Origin: Candidatus Aenigmatarchaeota archaeon | GTDB taxonomy: Archaea > Aenigmatarchaeota > Aenigmatarchaeia > QMZP01 > QMZT01 | NCBI GenBank assembly: GCA_026397315.1 | Contig: JAPLVC010000005.1 | Coordinates: 2,088-66,087, forward strand | Direction: 5' to 3' | Length of the DNA: 64,000 nucleotides | In this document: piece by piece, positions 1 through 9,013 of the stretch | How positions within the stretch are numbered: the first letter of the stretch is position 1 | Layout of the letters: each line of letters begins with the position of its first letter | The notes under the pieces: generated by a model | The model's database searches: none | What the model saw: the letters and a program-made list of their open reading frames with translations, nothing else | What the model was told of the DNA's origin: nothing | Translations under genes and position numbers: made by a program

Positions 1-185
1 TTGTAAATTCAAAGGGAACTGATGAGTGCACGACATTAAGCGACTGCACGGATTTCCATTACGAATGCTCACTGGACGACCTATACCTGTGTGAAGCTGT
101 GCCGGGACCAGGAACTAATCAATGCAACCCCGCCAAGCCAACCGATTGCGGAGGCAAAATTTTGCCTGAACAGCCCGTGGCGTAA
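1..185 (+). CDS. 3' end of an ORF truncated by the window edge: Cys-rich C-terminal fragment of a probable secreted protein
   Basis: Frame 3 is open from nt 3 to TAA at 183-185. The translation VNSKGTDECTTLSDCTDFHYECSLDDLYLCEAVPGPGTNQCNPAKPTDCGGKILPEQPVA has 6 Cys in 60 aa, similar in style to the Cys-rich module of the 6104-6919 protein. Confidence 0.3.
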   Translation, partial: VNSKGTDECTTLSDCTDFHYECSLDDLYLCEAVPGPGTNQCNPAKPTDCGGKILPEQPVA

Positions 186-266
186 TTCTCTTAAACCAGC
201 GCCGCCATAGGGTGCCTTGTAAAGCCATTTATAAATACGCCCCGGATTATTTTATTACGTGATTTT

Positions 267-683
267 ATGGCGAACGAGAAGCTCAACGAGAAATACGTGA
301 TCTACCAGATCCTGGCGCAGAATCTCGAAGCGCTTAAGCAGCAGATACAGATTGTCGAGCAGCAGCTGATAGAGCTCAGGTCTACCATGCTTTCCATGGA
401 GGACCTTGAAAAGCTGAAGGACGACAACGAAATCCTCGTCCCCATAGGCGGCGGGTGCTTCAGTCGCGGTAAAATATCGGACAACAGGAAAGTCATAGTT
501 AACGTCGGGGCCGGCATATTCTTGGACAATGACATGGCGACCGCGAAGAAGCTGATGGACGAGCGCTTCAAAGAAGTGGAGAAAGCCGGCATGGAAATAG
601 AAGAGCAGATGAAAAACATAGTCGGCCAGATGAACACGCTCGCCACCGAAATACAAGACCTGGCCCAAAAAGCGCAGCGCTGA
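267..683 (+). CDS. pfdA: prefoldin alpha subunit
   Basis: 138 aa. Terminal heptad coiled coils flank a central beta-hairpin block (LVPIGGGCFSRGKISDNRKVIVNVGAGIFLD), as in archaeal prefoldin alpha. TATA-like TTTATAAATA lies at 228-237, about 30 nt upstream of the ATG. Confidence 0.75.
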   Translation: MANEKLNEKYVIYQILAQNLEALKQQIQIVEQQLIELRSTMLSMEDLEKLKDDNEILVPIGGGCFSRGKISDNRKVIVNVGAGIFLDNDMATAKKLMDERFKEVEKAGMEIEEQMKNIVGQMNTLATEIQDLAQKAQR

Positions 684-721
684 TTCTTAATTTATTTACA
701 TGGGCACGGCAATAATATTAT

Positions 722-952
722 ATGATACTTGCACTGCTCTCGATACCTATAGTGCTATTCAGTCTGCTGGCAGTCCGAACCAAAGACCTTCTGCACGCGG
801 TCATATTCTTAGCAGTCGCTTCGATGTGCCTGGCAGCGACTTTCCTTGCGCTCCAGGCGCCTGACATAGCCATAACCGAAGCGGCTGTCAATGCAGGCCT
901 TTCGACGCTTATTTACGTAATAGCCATACGCAAGACGGGGAGGCATGAATGA
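722..952 (+). CDS. small membrane subunit of an Mrp/Mbh-like complex (MnhB N-terminal/DUF4040-like, MbhD-like)
   Basis: 76 aa with 2-3 TM helices. It is first in a tightly overlapping operon with MnhB/C/D and NuoB/C homologs, and TATA-like TTAATTTATTTA lies about 25 nt upstream. Confidence 0.55.
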   Translation: MILALLSIPIVLFSLLAVRTKDLLHAVIFLAVASMCLAATFLALQAPDIAITEAAVNAGLSTLIYVIAIRKTGRHE

Positions 953-1233
953 AAGCGCCCGAAAAGCTGCTGCTGGTCGCATGCCTGATAGCCATTTTCG
1001 TAGTCATAACAGGCGTTTTCTCTTCGCCTATTTTCATGAAATGGGAGAACAAAAAGGTTGCCAGATACTACAACGAGAACGGTCTGGAAGAAACAGGTTC
1101 GTCCAACATAGTGTCGGCGATAGTCTGGGATTTCAGGGGTTTCGACACGATGGGCGAAGAGACGGTCCTGTTCGCGGCCGCGGCCGGCGTCCTAGCCATA
1201 ACCGGGCTCAACTTCGTCAGGAGGAAGAAATAA
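949..1233 (+). CDS. small membrane subunit of an Mrp/Mbh-like complex (MbhE-like)
   Basis: 94 aa. The motif NIVSAIVWDFRGFDTMGEE resembles the MnhB-family DYRGFDT motif. Its ATG overlaps the upstream stop (ATGAATGA) and GGGGAGG lies upstream. Confidence 0.55.
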   Translation: MKAPEKLLLVACLIAIFVVITGVFSSPIFMKWENKKVARYYNENGLEETGSSNIVSAIVWDFRGFDTMGEETVLFAAAAGVLAITGLNFVRRKK

Positions 1234-1625
1234 TGGACGTCATAATACGAACCGTCATAAAGGGCATCGCTCCATTCGTAATCCTGCTGGGCGTGGCCAT
1301 AATGTTTCACGGGCACCTGACACCAGGCGGCTCTTTCCCCGGGGGAGCGATGGTCGCGTCGGGATTCGCCCTCATAGCCGTCGCCTTCAGCGCTGACGAG
1401 GCCGAGGGTAAGATAAGCGAAAGGGCGATACATATACTCGAAGGCCTGGCAGTCCTGGTAGTAGCGTATGTCATAATATTCGAAACTTTTGTGCGCAGTT
1501 ACTCCGGTCTCTTCGGGCTTTTCGGCCTGTGGAGTTCAGTCGAGATAGTGACGCTTAACGTGGCCGGAGGTTTCATGGTCATGGGAGCGCTGACTCTCGT
1601 CGTCATCTTGCTGTTAAGGGAGTGA
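1233..1625 (+). CDS. MnhB/MbhF-like membrane subunit
   Basis: I take the internal ATG at 1233 (TAATG overlap with the previous stop). The product MDVIIRTVIKGIAPFVILLGVAIMFHGHLTPGGSFPGG matches the MnhB-type GHxxPGGGF core. The 5' extension from 945 is Arg-rich junk that overlaps the previous gene. Confidence 0.6.
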   Translation: MDVIIRTVIKGIAPFVILLGVAIMFHGHLTPGGSFPGGAMVASGFALIAVAFSADEAEGKISERAIHILEGLAVLVVAYVIIFETFVRSYSGLFGLFGLWSSVEIVTLNVAGGFMVMGALTLVVILLLRE

Positions 1626-1629
1626 GTCG

Positions 1630-1980
1630 ATGATAATAACGCTGATAACCGCGGCATTGCTTGCAGTGATAGGTGCATATTGCGTGGTTGTCAAAAAAAA
1701 TCTGCTCAAGAAGCTGATAGGCCTGGGCATATTCACCAATTTCATACATCTCATGTTCATTTCCATGGGCTACCTGGAGGGCGGCATAGCGCCCATAATC
1801 ACTCCTGAAAACCTGTTGTCGTTCCCCGTGCGCGCGGTCGACCCGATTCCGCAGGCGTTAGTCCTCACGTCTATAGTAGTCCAGCTCAGCGTCACAGCGC
1901 TCGCGCTGAGCGTCACGATACTCGCATACCGTCATTTCAAAACGCTCGACACAGATAAGATGAATGAACTCAGTGGTTAA
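1630..1980 (+). CDS. MnhC/MbhG/NuoK-like membrane subunit
   Basis: 116 aa with three TM helices, of NuoK/MnhC size and pattern, sitting immediately upstream of the MnhD-like gene. Confidence 0.7.
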   Translation: MIITLITAALLAVIGAYCVVVKKNLLKKLIGLGIFTNFIHLMFISMGYLEGGIAPIITPENLLSFPVRAVDPIPQALVLTSIVVQLSVTALALSVTILAYRHFKTLDTDKMNELSG

Positions 1981-3402
1981 ATGATTGAATACGCCATAGT
2001 CGTTTTGCTTGTAGGCGCTTTCCTTACGCCAGTCTTCAAGCGAAGCTTCGTTCCGCTGGCTGCTATATTATTCTCATTTCTTGTCATGGCCTCAGTTTTT
2101 ATGCAGGGCCAGACAGTGATAATGAAGTTCAGCGGGTGGAGCCCGCCATTCGGCATCGTGTGGGTAGTCGATAGCTTCAACGCTCTCATGGGATTGCTAG
2201 TGACCGGCATGGCCATGCTGGTTGCCATCTATTCCACTAAATACGTACGGGAACGCAAGAGCCGTTTCTTCACGCTGTTGTGTCTCATGACGGCCGGCCT
2301 TCTCGGCGTGACGCTCACCGGCGACGTGTTCAACATGTATGTTTTCTTCGAGATACTGTCCATAGCCTGCTACGGTCTGGTCGCCTTCAACACGGACAAG
2401 GAAGCGATAGAGGGCGCGCTTAAATATATAGTGCTCGGGCCGCTGGCTTCCTCTTTCATCCTTCTGGGAATAGCCATGCTCTACGGCCTGACCGGGACGC
2501 TGAACATGGCGGACATAGCCCTGAAGGTCGGGCCTGACATCGCGTTCAACGTAGCGTTCGGGTTCCTGATAGGGGGCTTTGCCCTCAAGTCAGCAATAGT
2601 GCCGTTCCACTTCTGGCTGCCGGACGTGCACCCGGTCGCGCCTAGCCCCATATCCGCGATGCTTTCCGGTGTGGTGGTGGGAACCGGCGTGTACACTGTC
2701 ATGAGGATAATATTCACAATATTCGGCTTTTCGGGCATCATGTGGATGTTCGTGGCATTCGGGGTTTTGACTATGATTATCGGAGGCATAATAGCCATAG
2801 TCCAGACGAATGTTAAACGCATGATAGCATATTCGACCGTCAGCCAGAGCGGCTACATTTTCCTGGCGTTTGGCCTAGGCACGCATCTCGGCGTCTCGGC
2901 CGCGATATTCCACCTTGTCAACAACATCGTAATCAAATCGTTGCTTTTCCTGGCAGCGGGCATAATCATATGGCACACGGGTAAGAAAGACATGCGCGAC
3001 CTCGGCGGCCTTGGAAAGCAGCTCCCGCTGGTCATGATATGCTTTGGCATAGGAGCGCTGAGCATAACAGGCCTTCCGCCCCTCAACGGTTTCGTGTCAA
3101 AATGGATGATTTACTCGGCCACATGGGAAATAAGCCCTGTCCTGACTGCGATAGCTGTGATAGTTTCCGCCATGACGTTGATTTACTACATGAAGGCATT
3201 CTCATGTGTTTTCCTGGGTCACAGCAAATGTGAGATAAAGGAAAAGACGCCTTTAGCGATGCTACTGCCCGTCATCATACTGGCCGCTGTATGCGTGTTT
3301 TTAGGCGTTTTCCCGCAGTTGGCGATTGGCGTCATTGAACGAGCGACAGGCGCTTTATTAGACCAGAGCCAATATATAACTGCCGTGCTGGGAGGTGGAT
3401 GA
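1981..3402 (+). CDS. MnhD/MbhH/NuoN-like proton-conducting antiporter subunit
   Basis: 473 aa and polytopic. Antiporter-like blocks such as FFEILSIACYGLVAF, SAIVPFHFWLPDVHPVAPSPISAMLSG and AYSTVSQSGYIF are typical of the NuoL/M/N-MrpA/D family. Confidence 0.85.
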   Translation: MIEYAIVVLLVGAFLTPVFKRSFVPLAAILFSFLVMASVFMQGQTVIMKFSGWSPPFGIVWVVDSFNALMGLLVTGMAMLVAIYSTKYVRERKSRFFTLLCLMTAGLLGVTLTGDVFNMYVFFEILSIACYGLVAFNTDKEAIEGALKYIVLGPLASSFILLGIAMLYGLTGTLNMADIALKVGPDIAFNVAFGFLIGGFALKSAIVPFHFWLPDVHPVAPSPISAMLSGVVVGTGVYTVMRIIFTIFGFSGIMWMFVAFGVLTMIIGGIIAIVQTNVKRMIAYSTVSQSGYIFLAFGLGTHLGVSAAIFHLVNNIVIKSLLFLAAGIIIWHTGKKDMRDLGGLGKQLPLVMICFGIGALSITGLPPLNGFVSKWMIYSATWEISPVLTAIAVIVSAMTLIYYMKAFSCVFLGHSKCEIKEKTPLAMLLPVIILAAVCVFLGVFPQLAIGVIERATGALLDQSQYITAVLGGG

Positions 3403-3698
3403 TGTTCGAAAACTGGTCGCATTTCATTCTGGCTTTCCTTGGCTTCATCTGCATTGGCCTGATAATATACCTATTGGGCAACAGAAGCAAAAAAACTGAA
3501 GGCTGGAAGAACGAGCCTTACACGTGCGGCGAACCTTTTCCAAGGACGGATGTCGGCGCGGAGAATTTTTACGCGGCGATAAGGCAGAACCTGCGCATAG
3601 ATGAAATACGCAAGCTCCATTCCGGCAGGCTGACAGACTACCTTTTATGGATGGTTGTGGGAGTGACCGCCATACTAATCATGGTGATATTTTTATGA
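3399..3698 (+). CDS. small membrane subunit (MbhI/NuoA-like)
   Basis: 99 aa with an N- and a C-terminal TM helix. The EPYTCGEPF motif is reminiscent of the NuoA PYECG motif. ATGATG overlaps the upstream stop. Confidence 0.5.
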   Translation: MMFENWSHFILAFLGFICIGLIIYLLGNRSKKTEGWKNEPYTCGEPFPRTDVGAENFYAAIRQNLRIDEIRKLHSGRLTDYLLWMVVGVTAILIMVIFL

Positions 3699-4171
3699 AC
3701 GAGGAAATGCTCAAAATATATGAAACTAAAGAAAAACATTCCGGTAAATGGAAAAAAGGCGGCCTGCACGGCTTTTTCAGGAGGAAGTCCGCATGGCTGC
3801 TGCACATCGGCGCCAGCGGTTGCAATGGATGTTCCATCGAAATCGTCGCTGCGCTTTCGCCAAAATACGACGTGGAGCGCTTCGGCATACTCGCAAAGGG
3901 TTCACCAAGGCATGCCGACATACTGGTCGTGGAAGGGCCCGTCAATGCCAAAATGAAGGAGCGTTTGCTAGCGATATACCAGCAGATGCCCAACCCCAAG
4001 TACGTCATCGCTTATGGAGCGTGTCCTATATCCAAAGGCGTGTTTTACGACAGCTACAACGTGGTCGGGCCATTGGACAAAATCCTGCCGGTCGACGTTT
4101 ACGTGCCGGGCTGCCCGCCGAGGCCTGAAGCCCTGATAAACGCAATAGTCAAGGTCATGGAAAGGATGTGA
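3695..4171 (+). CDS. NuoB/MbhJ-like [4Fe-4S] small subunit (group 4 hydrogenase / complex I module)
   Basis: I take the ATG at 3695 (ATGA overlap). All four cluster cysteines are present (GCNGCSIE, YGACP, PGCPPRP), with overall NuoB/PSST-like sequence. Confidence 0.85.
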   Translation: MNEEMLKIYETKEKHSGKWKKGGLHGFFRRKSAWLLHIGASGCNGCSIEIVAALSPKYDVERFGILAKGSPRHADILVVEGPVNAKMKERLLAIYQQMPNPKYVIAYGACPISKGVFYDSYNVVGPLDKILPVDVYVPGCPPRPEALINAIVKVMERM

Positions 4172-4178
4172 TTGTCAT

Positions 4179-4568
4179 ATGCATGTCGAAAGCTATATAG
4201 AAAAGCTCAACCCTAAAATGGAAAACGGCAACTACTGGATCGAGACGAGCGCGGAAAAGCTCATACCGCTTCTGAAACACCTGAAAGCGATTGGCCTGGA
4301 GCGCATATCAGCTATTACGGGCAATGATACCGGCAATAAAATAGACGTGATTTACCACTTCATCCACAAAAAGAAAACGATTAACATACGCGTTTCTCTT
4401 GACAAGAAAAAAAGCGAGATAGAAAGCATCACAGGCATCTATCATGGTGCGAATCTTTTCGAGCGCGAGCTGCACGAGATGCTGGGTGTCGAAATCAGGA
4501 ATCACCCGAACCTGAAGAAGCTGTTTTTATGTGACGAGTCGCCGCAAACGCCCCTTAGAAAGGACTGA
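4179..4568 (+). CDS. NuoC/MbhK-like (30 kDa subunit-like) protein
   Basis: 129 aa. The blocks IDVIYHF...ANLFERELHEMLGVEI are characteristic of the NuoC family. It is the last gene of the operon, because the next gene is on the opposite strand. Confidence 0.75.
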   Translation: MHVESYIEKLNPKMENGNYWIETSAEKLIPLLKHLKAIGLERISAITGNDTGNKIDVIYHFIHKKKTINIRVSLDKKKSEIESITGIYHGANLFERELHEMLGVEIRNHPNLKKLFLCDESPQTPLRKD

Positions 4569-4570
4569 AT

Positions 4571-5374
4571 TCACTTGAAGCCAATTGCATAATAGGCGAC
4601 CACCGATGAATAATCCCCCGTTGCGTCGCCTGAATTGGTCTTGTTTATCAGGATTGCTTTCTTCAAGCCGCTCGCTTTCGCCGCGCTCATCACGACAGCG
4701 ATGGGCGCGTAGCCGCAGACGGAGGCTCCTGTTTTTTCCAGTGCGTTGAAAAATCCGTTCACATCCAGTTTTTCTATCATGGCGAAAGCCTTTGTGTCTT
4801 TATTGTCAGCGACGCTGACTGGCAGGTAGTGTGAAAAATCAGACGATGCTATGATGCCAATATCGCCTTTCGCAACCGTTGCGATGTGTTTACCTAGCGA
4901 GACGCATTTTTCCAGAAATTCTTCGGAGTAATCCGTGCCTGAAATGCTTATCGGAACGAACCTGAAATTTTTGAACTTATGCTGCAGAAACGGGAGTTGG
5001 ACCTCTATGGAGTGTTCATGCGCATGCGCTAGGCTGTCTTCTTCGAGAATCGGACATTTTTTAAGCTGTTGCGCTAGCGAAGTATCGATTTCCACCGTTC
5101 CTAACGGCGTGTGCCAGGACTCGGAACTCATTATGGAGAATTCCGGTCCGATGAGATTGTGATTGGGGCCGAGAATAATGAAGCTCTTTGCCGGTTTCAG
5201 TGAACTTATGGCGAGTGCGGCCGTTCTGCCGGAATACTGATAGCCGGCATGCGGTGAAACCACGGCTGAAAACGTTTCTTTCCCTGCTCCACGAAAAAGA
5301 GCCGTCAGAGCGTTTCTTAAATCATTTTGTCCACTAGGATAAAACGTGCCCGCGACAACCGGCTTGCGCACCAT
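4571..5374 (-). CDS. AmmeMemoRadiSam system protein B (Memo-like)
   Basis: 267 aa. The N-terminus MVRKPVVAGTFYP, VVSPHAGYQYSG and HEHSIEVQLPFL are hallmark Memo1-family motifs. Confidence 0.85.
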   Translation of the reverse strand: MVRKPVVAGTFYPSGQNDLRNALTALFRGAGKETFSAVVSPHAGYQYSGRTAALAISSLKPAKSFIILGPNHNLIGPEFSIMSSESWHTPLGTVEIDTSLAQQLKKCPILEEDSLAHAHEHSIEVQLPFLQHKFKNFRFVPISISGTDYSEEFLEKCVSLGKHIATVAKGDIGIIASSDFSHYLPVSVADNKDTKAFAMIEKLDVNGFFNALEKTGASVCGYAPIAVVMSAAKASGLKKAILINKTNSGDATGDYSSVVAYYAIGFK

Positions 5375-5430
5375 GTTTCCTAATTGTTTTCCGGTTTAAA
5401 ATTTATTAAACAGCATAACAAAAGAATAGT

Positions 5431-6093
5431 ATGAGAATTCCGACAGGCATAACAGGCCTTGACGACCTGATGGAAGGCGGCTTCGATGAAAGCAGCATAA
5501 ATCTCGTGACCGGCAAGACGGGCACCGGCAAATCCATTTTCTCCTCACAGTTCATCTACATGGGTGCCAAAAAATACAATGAAAAAGGTCTTTACATAAC
5601 CGCCGGAGACACTGCAAAAAACATAAGGAAGCAGGCCACCAAGATCGGATGGGATATGGAAGCCCTTGAGAAAAGCGGTTCAGTGAAGATAGTAGAGGTC
5701 GAACCTTACGACATAGAGAAACTGCTTGAAAACGTGTCCATAAGCAAGGAGATGACCCAAGCAAAGAGGATAGTCATAGACTCTATCAGTATGTTCGAGC
5801 TTTACGTCCAGGAGCCTTACAAAATAAGGAAAAACCTTTTCGCAGTCCTGCAAAAGCTGAGGGACATGGGGAAGACCGTGCTCGTCGTCGCTGAAATACC
5901 AGAAGAGAGTAAAAACCTTTCAAGAACCGGCGTCATCGAGTTCATGGTCGACAGCATCGTGATCCTGCAGTTCATGGGCATAGCCAAATACAAGAGATCG
6001 CTTGCCATAAGAAAAATGAGGGTTACAAATCACTCGAGCGACATACACCCATTCGTCATAGGCGACAATGGCATAAAAATAATGCGGATTTGA
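5431..6093 (+). CDS. KaiC/RecA-superfamily ATPase (single KaiC-like domain, ArlH-like)
   Basis: 220 aa. It has the N-terminal IPTGITGLDDLMEGGF, Walker A GKTGTGKS and a Walker B-like RIVIDSIS. Confidence 0.75.
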   Translation: MRIPTGITGLDDLMEGGFDESSINLVTGKTGTGKSIFSSQFIYMGAKKYNEKGLYITAGDTAKNIRKQATKIGWDMEALEKSGSVKIVEVEPYDIEKLLENVSISKEMTQAKRIVIDSISMFELYVQEPYKIRKNLFAVLQKLRDMGKTVLVVAEIPEESKNLSRTGVIEFMVDSIVILQFMGIAKYKRSLAIRKMRVTNHSSDIHPFVIGDNGIKIMRI

Positions 6094-6103
6094 TTTTTTT
6101 CCG

Positions 6104-6919
6104 CTAAATGTATGATATTTTCAGTTTCTTCTTTACGTGTTTCTGCGGCTCGCGGATATAGAAGTCGAAATCACACGTCAGCTTGCTCCTCACCTTGTAA
6201 TTTTTATTGATTATTCTCATCCTGAATTCGACGGCCTTGCTTATGTTAAGCTCGCTGACGTCTATTCTCCACCTGAGTTCTTTGGAATAGAATGAAGTAT
6301 AAATCGAGTAGTCTGCGCTGTCAAACCTGTTTTCAAAGCCGAATTCAGTGTAGTCTTCCACGGCTTCGACTCTGTCCACGACTATGCTGTCTATCTTGTG
6401 ACCCGTCGCCGAGTCGGTGCAGTTGTAAGTGGCGCGTATGTTGCGGAGTTTTACCTTGTCGGCGGTTATGTTAAGGTAGAAATCCGGCTTCTTGTCGGTC
6501 TCGTTGCTGCCCGTGTGTATGAACACGTAAGTGTCGTTTTCCATGTAATCCGGGCCTGTGTATGATTGCATGAAATCCGTCATCTTTATGACGGTGCAGT
6601 CCTCTGGGCATTCGTTGGCGTTGTCTTCCGCACTCTCGCACACGTCATTGCCGCAGCATGGTGTTATGTTTTTGTGGGCGCACTCGAAATTCGTCTGGAC
6701 TGAACAATCGTCGCTCGTGCATTTGTTCGCATCGTCACAGGATGCAGGGCACGACCGCTCGTTTATGTCGCAGACGCCGTTATCGTCGTTGTCAAAACAG
6801 CACGAACCTTTCACTAGTTTTTCAGGCTCGGTGCACTGCTGCGCGCCCTGCTCTTCTATGGCTATGCACCCGGCTACCAGTATAACGGAAACCAGTAAAA
6901 AGGCAAAAATATATTTCAT
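6104..6919 (-). CDS. secreted/lipobox-anchored Cys-rich protein of unknown function
   Basis: I take the ATG at 6919 because the longer ORF begins with TTG. The signal peptide MKYIFAFLLVSVILVAGC has a lipobox-like VAGC. It is followed by a roughly 90-aa acidic Cys-rich module (CCFDNDDNGVCD...CPEDC) and a Cys-poor beta-rich C-terminal domain. Confidence 0.6.
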   Translation of the reverse strand: MKYIFAFLLVSVILVAGCIAIEEQGAQQCTEPEKLVKGSCCFDNDDNGVCDINERSCPASCDDANKCTSDDCSVQTNFECAHKNITPCCGNDVCESAEDNANECPEDCTVIKMTDFMQSYTGPDYMENDTYVFIHTGSNETDKKPDFYLNITADKVKLRNIRATYNCTDSATGHKIDSIVVDRVEAVEDYTEFGFENRFDSADYSIYTSFYSKELRWRIDVSELNISKAVEFRMRIINKNYKVRSKLTCDFDFYIREPQKHVKKKLKISYI

Positions 6920-6952
6920 AATTAAATTATGAGGTTTCCCCAATAAAAGACT

Positions 6953-8647
6953 TCACATCCTATCGAGTGTGCTTATGCCGAGAAGATTCATGCCTGATTT
7001 AAGAACTAAAGCCACCGCTTCGACTAGCGCCAGTCTGGCGTGTTTCATGTTTTCTTCCGCCTTGAGGACCGGCACGAACTGGTAGAACTCGTTGAACCTG
7101 GTGCAGATGTCGTAGCAGAAATTCGCTATGTAATGCGGCCTCATATCCTCGGCTGCTTTGGCGACTGTTTCAGGGAATTCCGATAGTATCCTGAAAAGAT
7201 GCCTTTCATGCGGTTCCTTCAGGAGCGACATATCGAAAGCGCTTGGCCTTTTTCCTGCGTTTTTAAGTATGGAGCGAGCGCGCGCATATGTGTAAAGCAG
7301 GTATGGTGCTGCATTGCCCTCGAAATCGAGGGCGCTCTTCCAGTCGAAGATTATGGTCTTGCTTGGAGACGTCTTGATCATGTCGTATTTGAGCGAGGCG
7401 AGGGCTATCGTTCTCGAGGCTTCGCTGAGCTCGCTGCTTTTCATTTCCTTGTTTCTCTTCTCGGTTTCCTCGTGCGCGTGCTTCTCCAGCTCGCTCAGCA
7501 CGTCTTCGTAAAGTATGACCACGCCCTCCCTAGACGCCATCTTGCCCGTGGGAAGGTTGACCAGTTCATAACACAGGTGGTGGCTCTTGCCTGCGAGCGG
7601 CGAGCCCATCAGCTCAAATGTCTTGAACAGCTGCTGAAAATACATCTTCTGCTCTGAGCCGACCACGTGTATGGATTTGTCTATCTTGTATTCTTTCGCC
7701 TTGAGTTCGGAAAGCCCGAGGTCCTTGGACGAATAAAGGGGGGTGCCGTCGGATTTAAGCAAAAGGTAGATACCGAGGCCGTATTTTTCCAAGTCGATGA
7801 GTATCGCACCCTCACTCTCCTTGGCCACGCCTTTTTTCAGCAGCTTTTTGGCTATCTCCGTCCCGGGCTTCTCGGTCTCGCTCTCGAAATAGAAGCGGTC
7901 GAATTTTATGCCAAAACTCCTGTAAATTGTGTCAAAATAATCAAGGCTCCACTGCCTCGTTTCTTTCCATATTTTTGCAAGCTCGTGGTCGCCCGCGTAA
8001 ATTTTCCTGTTTATTTCGTTCACTTCTTCTTCCAAACCAGCGTCGTCCTTTATTTTTTTGCTGGCTTCAGCATATACGGTTCCGAGCCATTTTCCCCTCT
8101 CGCCTTCAGGGCCTTTGCCGCCATGGAGTTTGGTGAGTCCCCAGACGCATCTCGCGACATGCGGCCCTATGTCTCCCTGGTAATTGACGCGTATGACCTT
8201 GTATCCGGAAAATGCCAGTATTCTTGAAAGCGACTCGCCAAGGCACGCCGTCCTTATGTGGCCGATATGGACGGCCTTGTGCGTGTTGAAGTGGCAGTAT
8301 TCCACCATCACGTTCCCTTTCGCTTGGCCGCGTCCGAAATTCTCCTCGTCCTTCAGCACGGTCTCGACTGTTGATTGACCTATCTTGTCCCAGTTCGCGA
8401 AGAAATTGACATAACCGCCCTTCTGCTCGGCCCGCGTTATGAGGCCGTGCGGCTTCATCTTATCCGACATTTCCATCGCTATCGCATCGGGAGCTTTCCT
8501 GAATTTTTTCGAAAGCATGAAACACGGGAAAGCCAGGTCGCCCATGTCTTCCGGAGGCTTTTCCAGCGTTATCTCTTCGCTTTTCAGGCCTGTCTCTTTC
8601 GTCAGCGAAGCCACGACCTCTTTCCTGAATTCGTCAAAACTGCTCAT
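6953..8647 (-). CDS. argS: arginyl-tRNA synthetase
   Basis: 564 aa. It has a class I HIGH-type motif (HKAVHIGHIRTA), a GKMASREG (KMSK-like) motif and a DALR-like anticodon-binding C-terminus. Confidence 0.95.
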   Translation of the reverse strand: MSSFDEFRKEVVASLTKETGLKSEEITLEKPPEDMGDLAFPCFMLSKKFRKAPDAIAMEMSDKMKPHGLITRAEQKGGYVNFFANWDKIGQSTVETVLKDEENFGRGQAKGNVMVEYCHFNTHKAVHIGHIRTACLGESLSRILAFSGYKVIRVNYQGDIGPHVARCVWGLTKLHGGKGPEGERGKWLGTVYAEASKKIKDDAGLEEEVNEINRKIYAGDHELAKIWKETRQWSLDYFDTIYRSFGIKFDRFYFESETEKPGTEIAKKLLKKGVAKESEGAILIDLEKYGLGIYLLLKSDGTPLYSSKDLGLSELKAKEYKIDKSIHVVGSEQKMYFQQLFKTFELMGSPLAGKSHHLCYELVNLPTGKMASREGVVILYEDVLSELEKHAHEETEKRNKEMKSSELSEASRTIALASLKYDMIKTSPSKTIIFDWKSALDFEGNAAPYLLYTYARARSILKNAGKRPSAFDMSLLKEPHERHLFRILSEFPETVAKAAEDMRPHYIANFCYDICTRFNEFYQFVPVLKAEENMKHARLALVEAVALVLKSGMNLLGISTLDRM

Positions 8648-8734
8648 AATAATCTATTAACGGCACGACGATTATAAATTATACCCTATTCCGATTGCTG
8701 AAAAAAATAAATGTAAAAACAAATCGTGCATGTT

Positions 8735-9013
8735 TCAGGTTTTTACCTTCTTCAAAGACAATGCCAGGTTACAGCCGCAAAAATCCATGCGCGCATCTGT
8801 GGGCGGTAGTCCGGATCCGTTCTGAAGGTAGCCTGATATCGCGTCCATTTTTTGGGCGTATGGTCCATCCGGCACGGTATCTTTGTATGCCGGTAGTCCC
8901 CAGAACCACGGTTTGGGCCAATCCTGCGAATTCGAATTTTTTTCTGTCATTCCGCTGTCTATGTCCGACAACGTTTTTATAGCTTCCGGCTCATTTATGA
9001 CATTATGGAACAT
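8735..9013 (-). CDS. hypothetical small protein (weak call)
   Basis: This is the only protein-like ORF in the largest non-coding gap. It encodes 92 aa of non-repetitive Trp/Pro-containing sequence (DWPKPWFWGLPAYKDTVPDGPY). The opposite-strand ORF 8695-8982 is Arg/Cys-rich junk. I recognise no family. Confidence 0.3.
   Translation of the reverse strand: MFHNVINEPEAIKTLSDIDSGMTEKNSNSQDWPKPWFWGLPAYKDTVPDGPYAQKMDAISGYLQNGSGLPPTDARMDFCGCNLALSLKKVKT

Noticed and set aside
945-1232. The N-terminal 96 codons of ORF 945-1625.
   Set aside because: They overlap the MbhE-like gene in another frame and encode an Arg-rich sequence. The MnhB-like product begins at the ATG at 1233.
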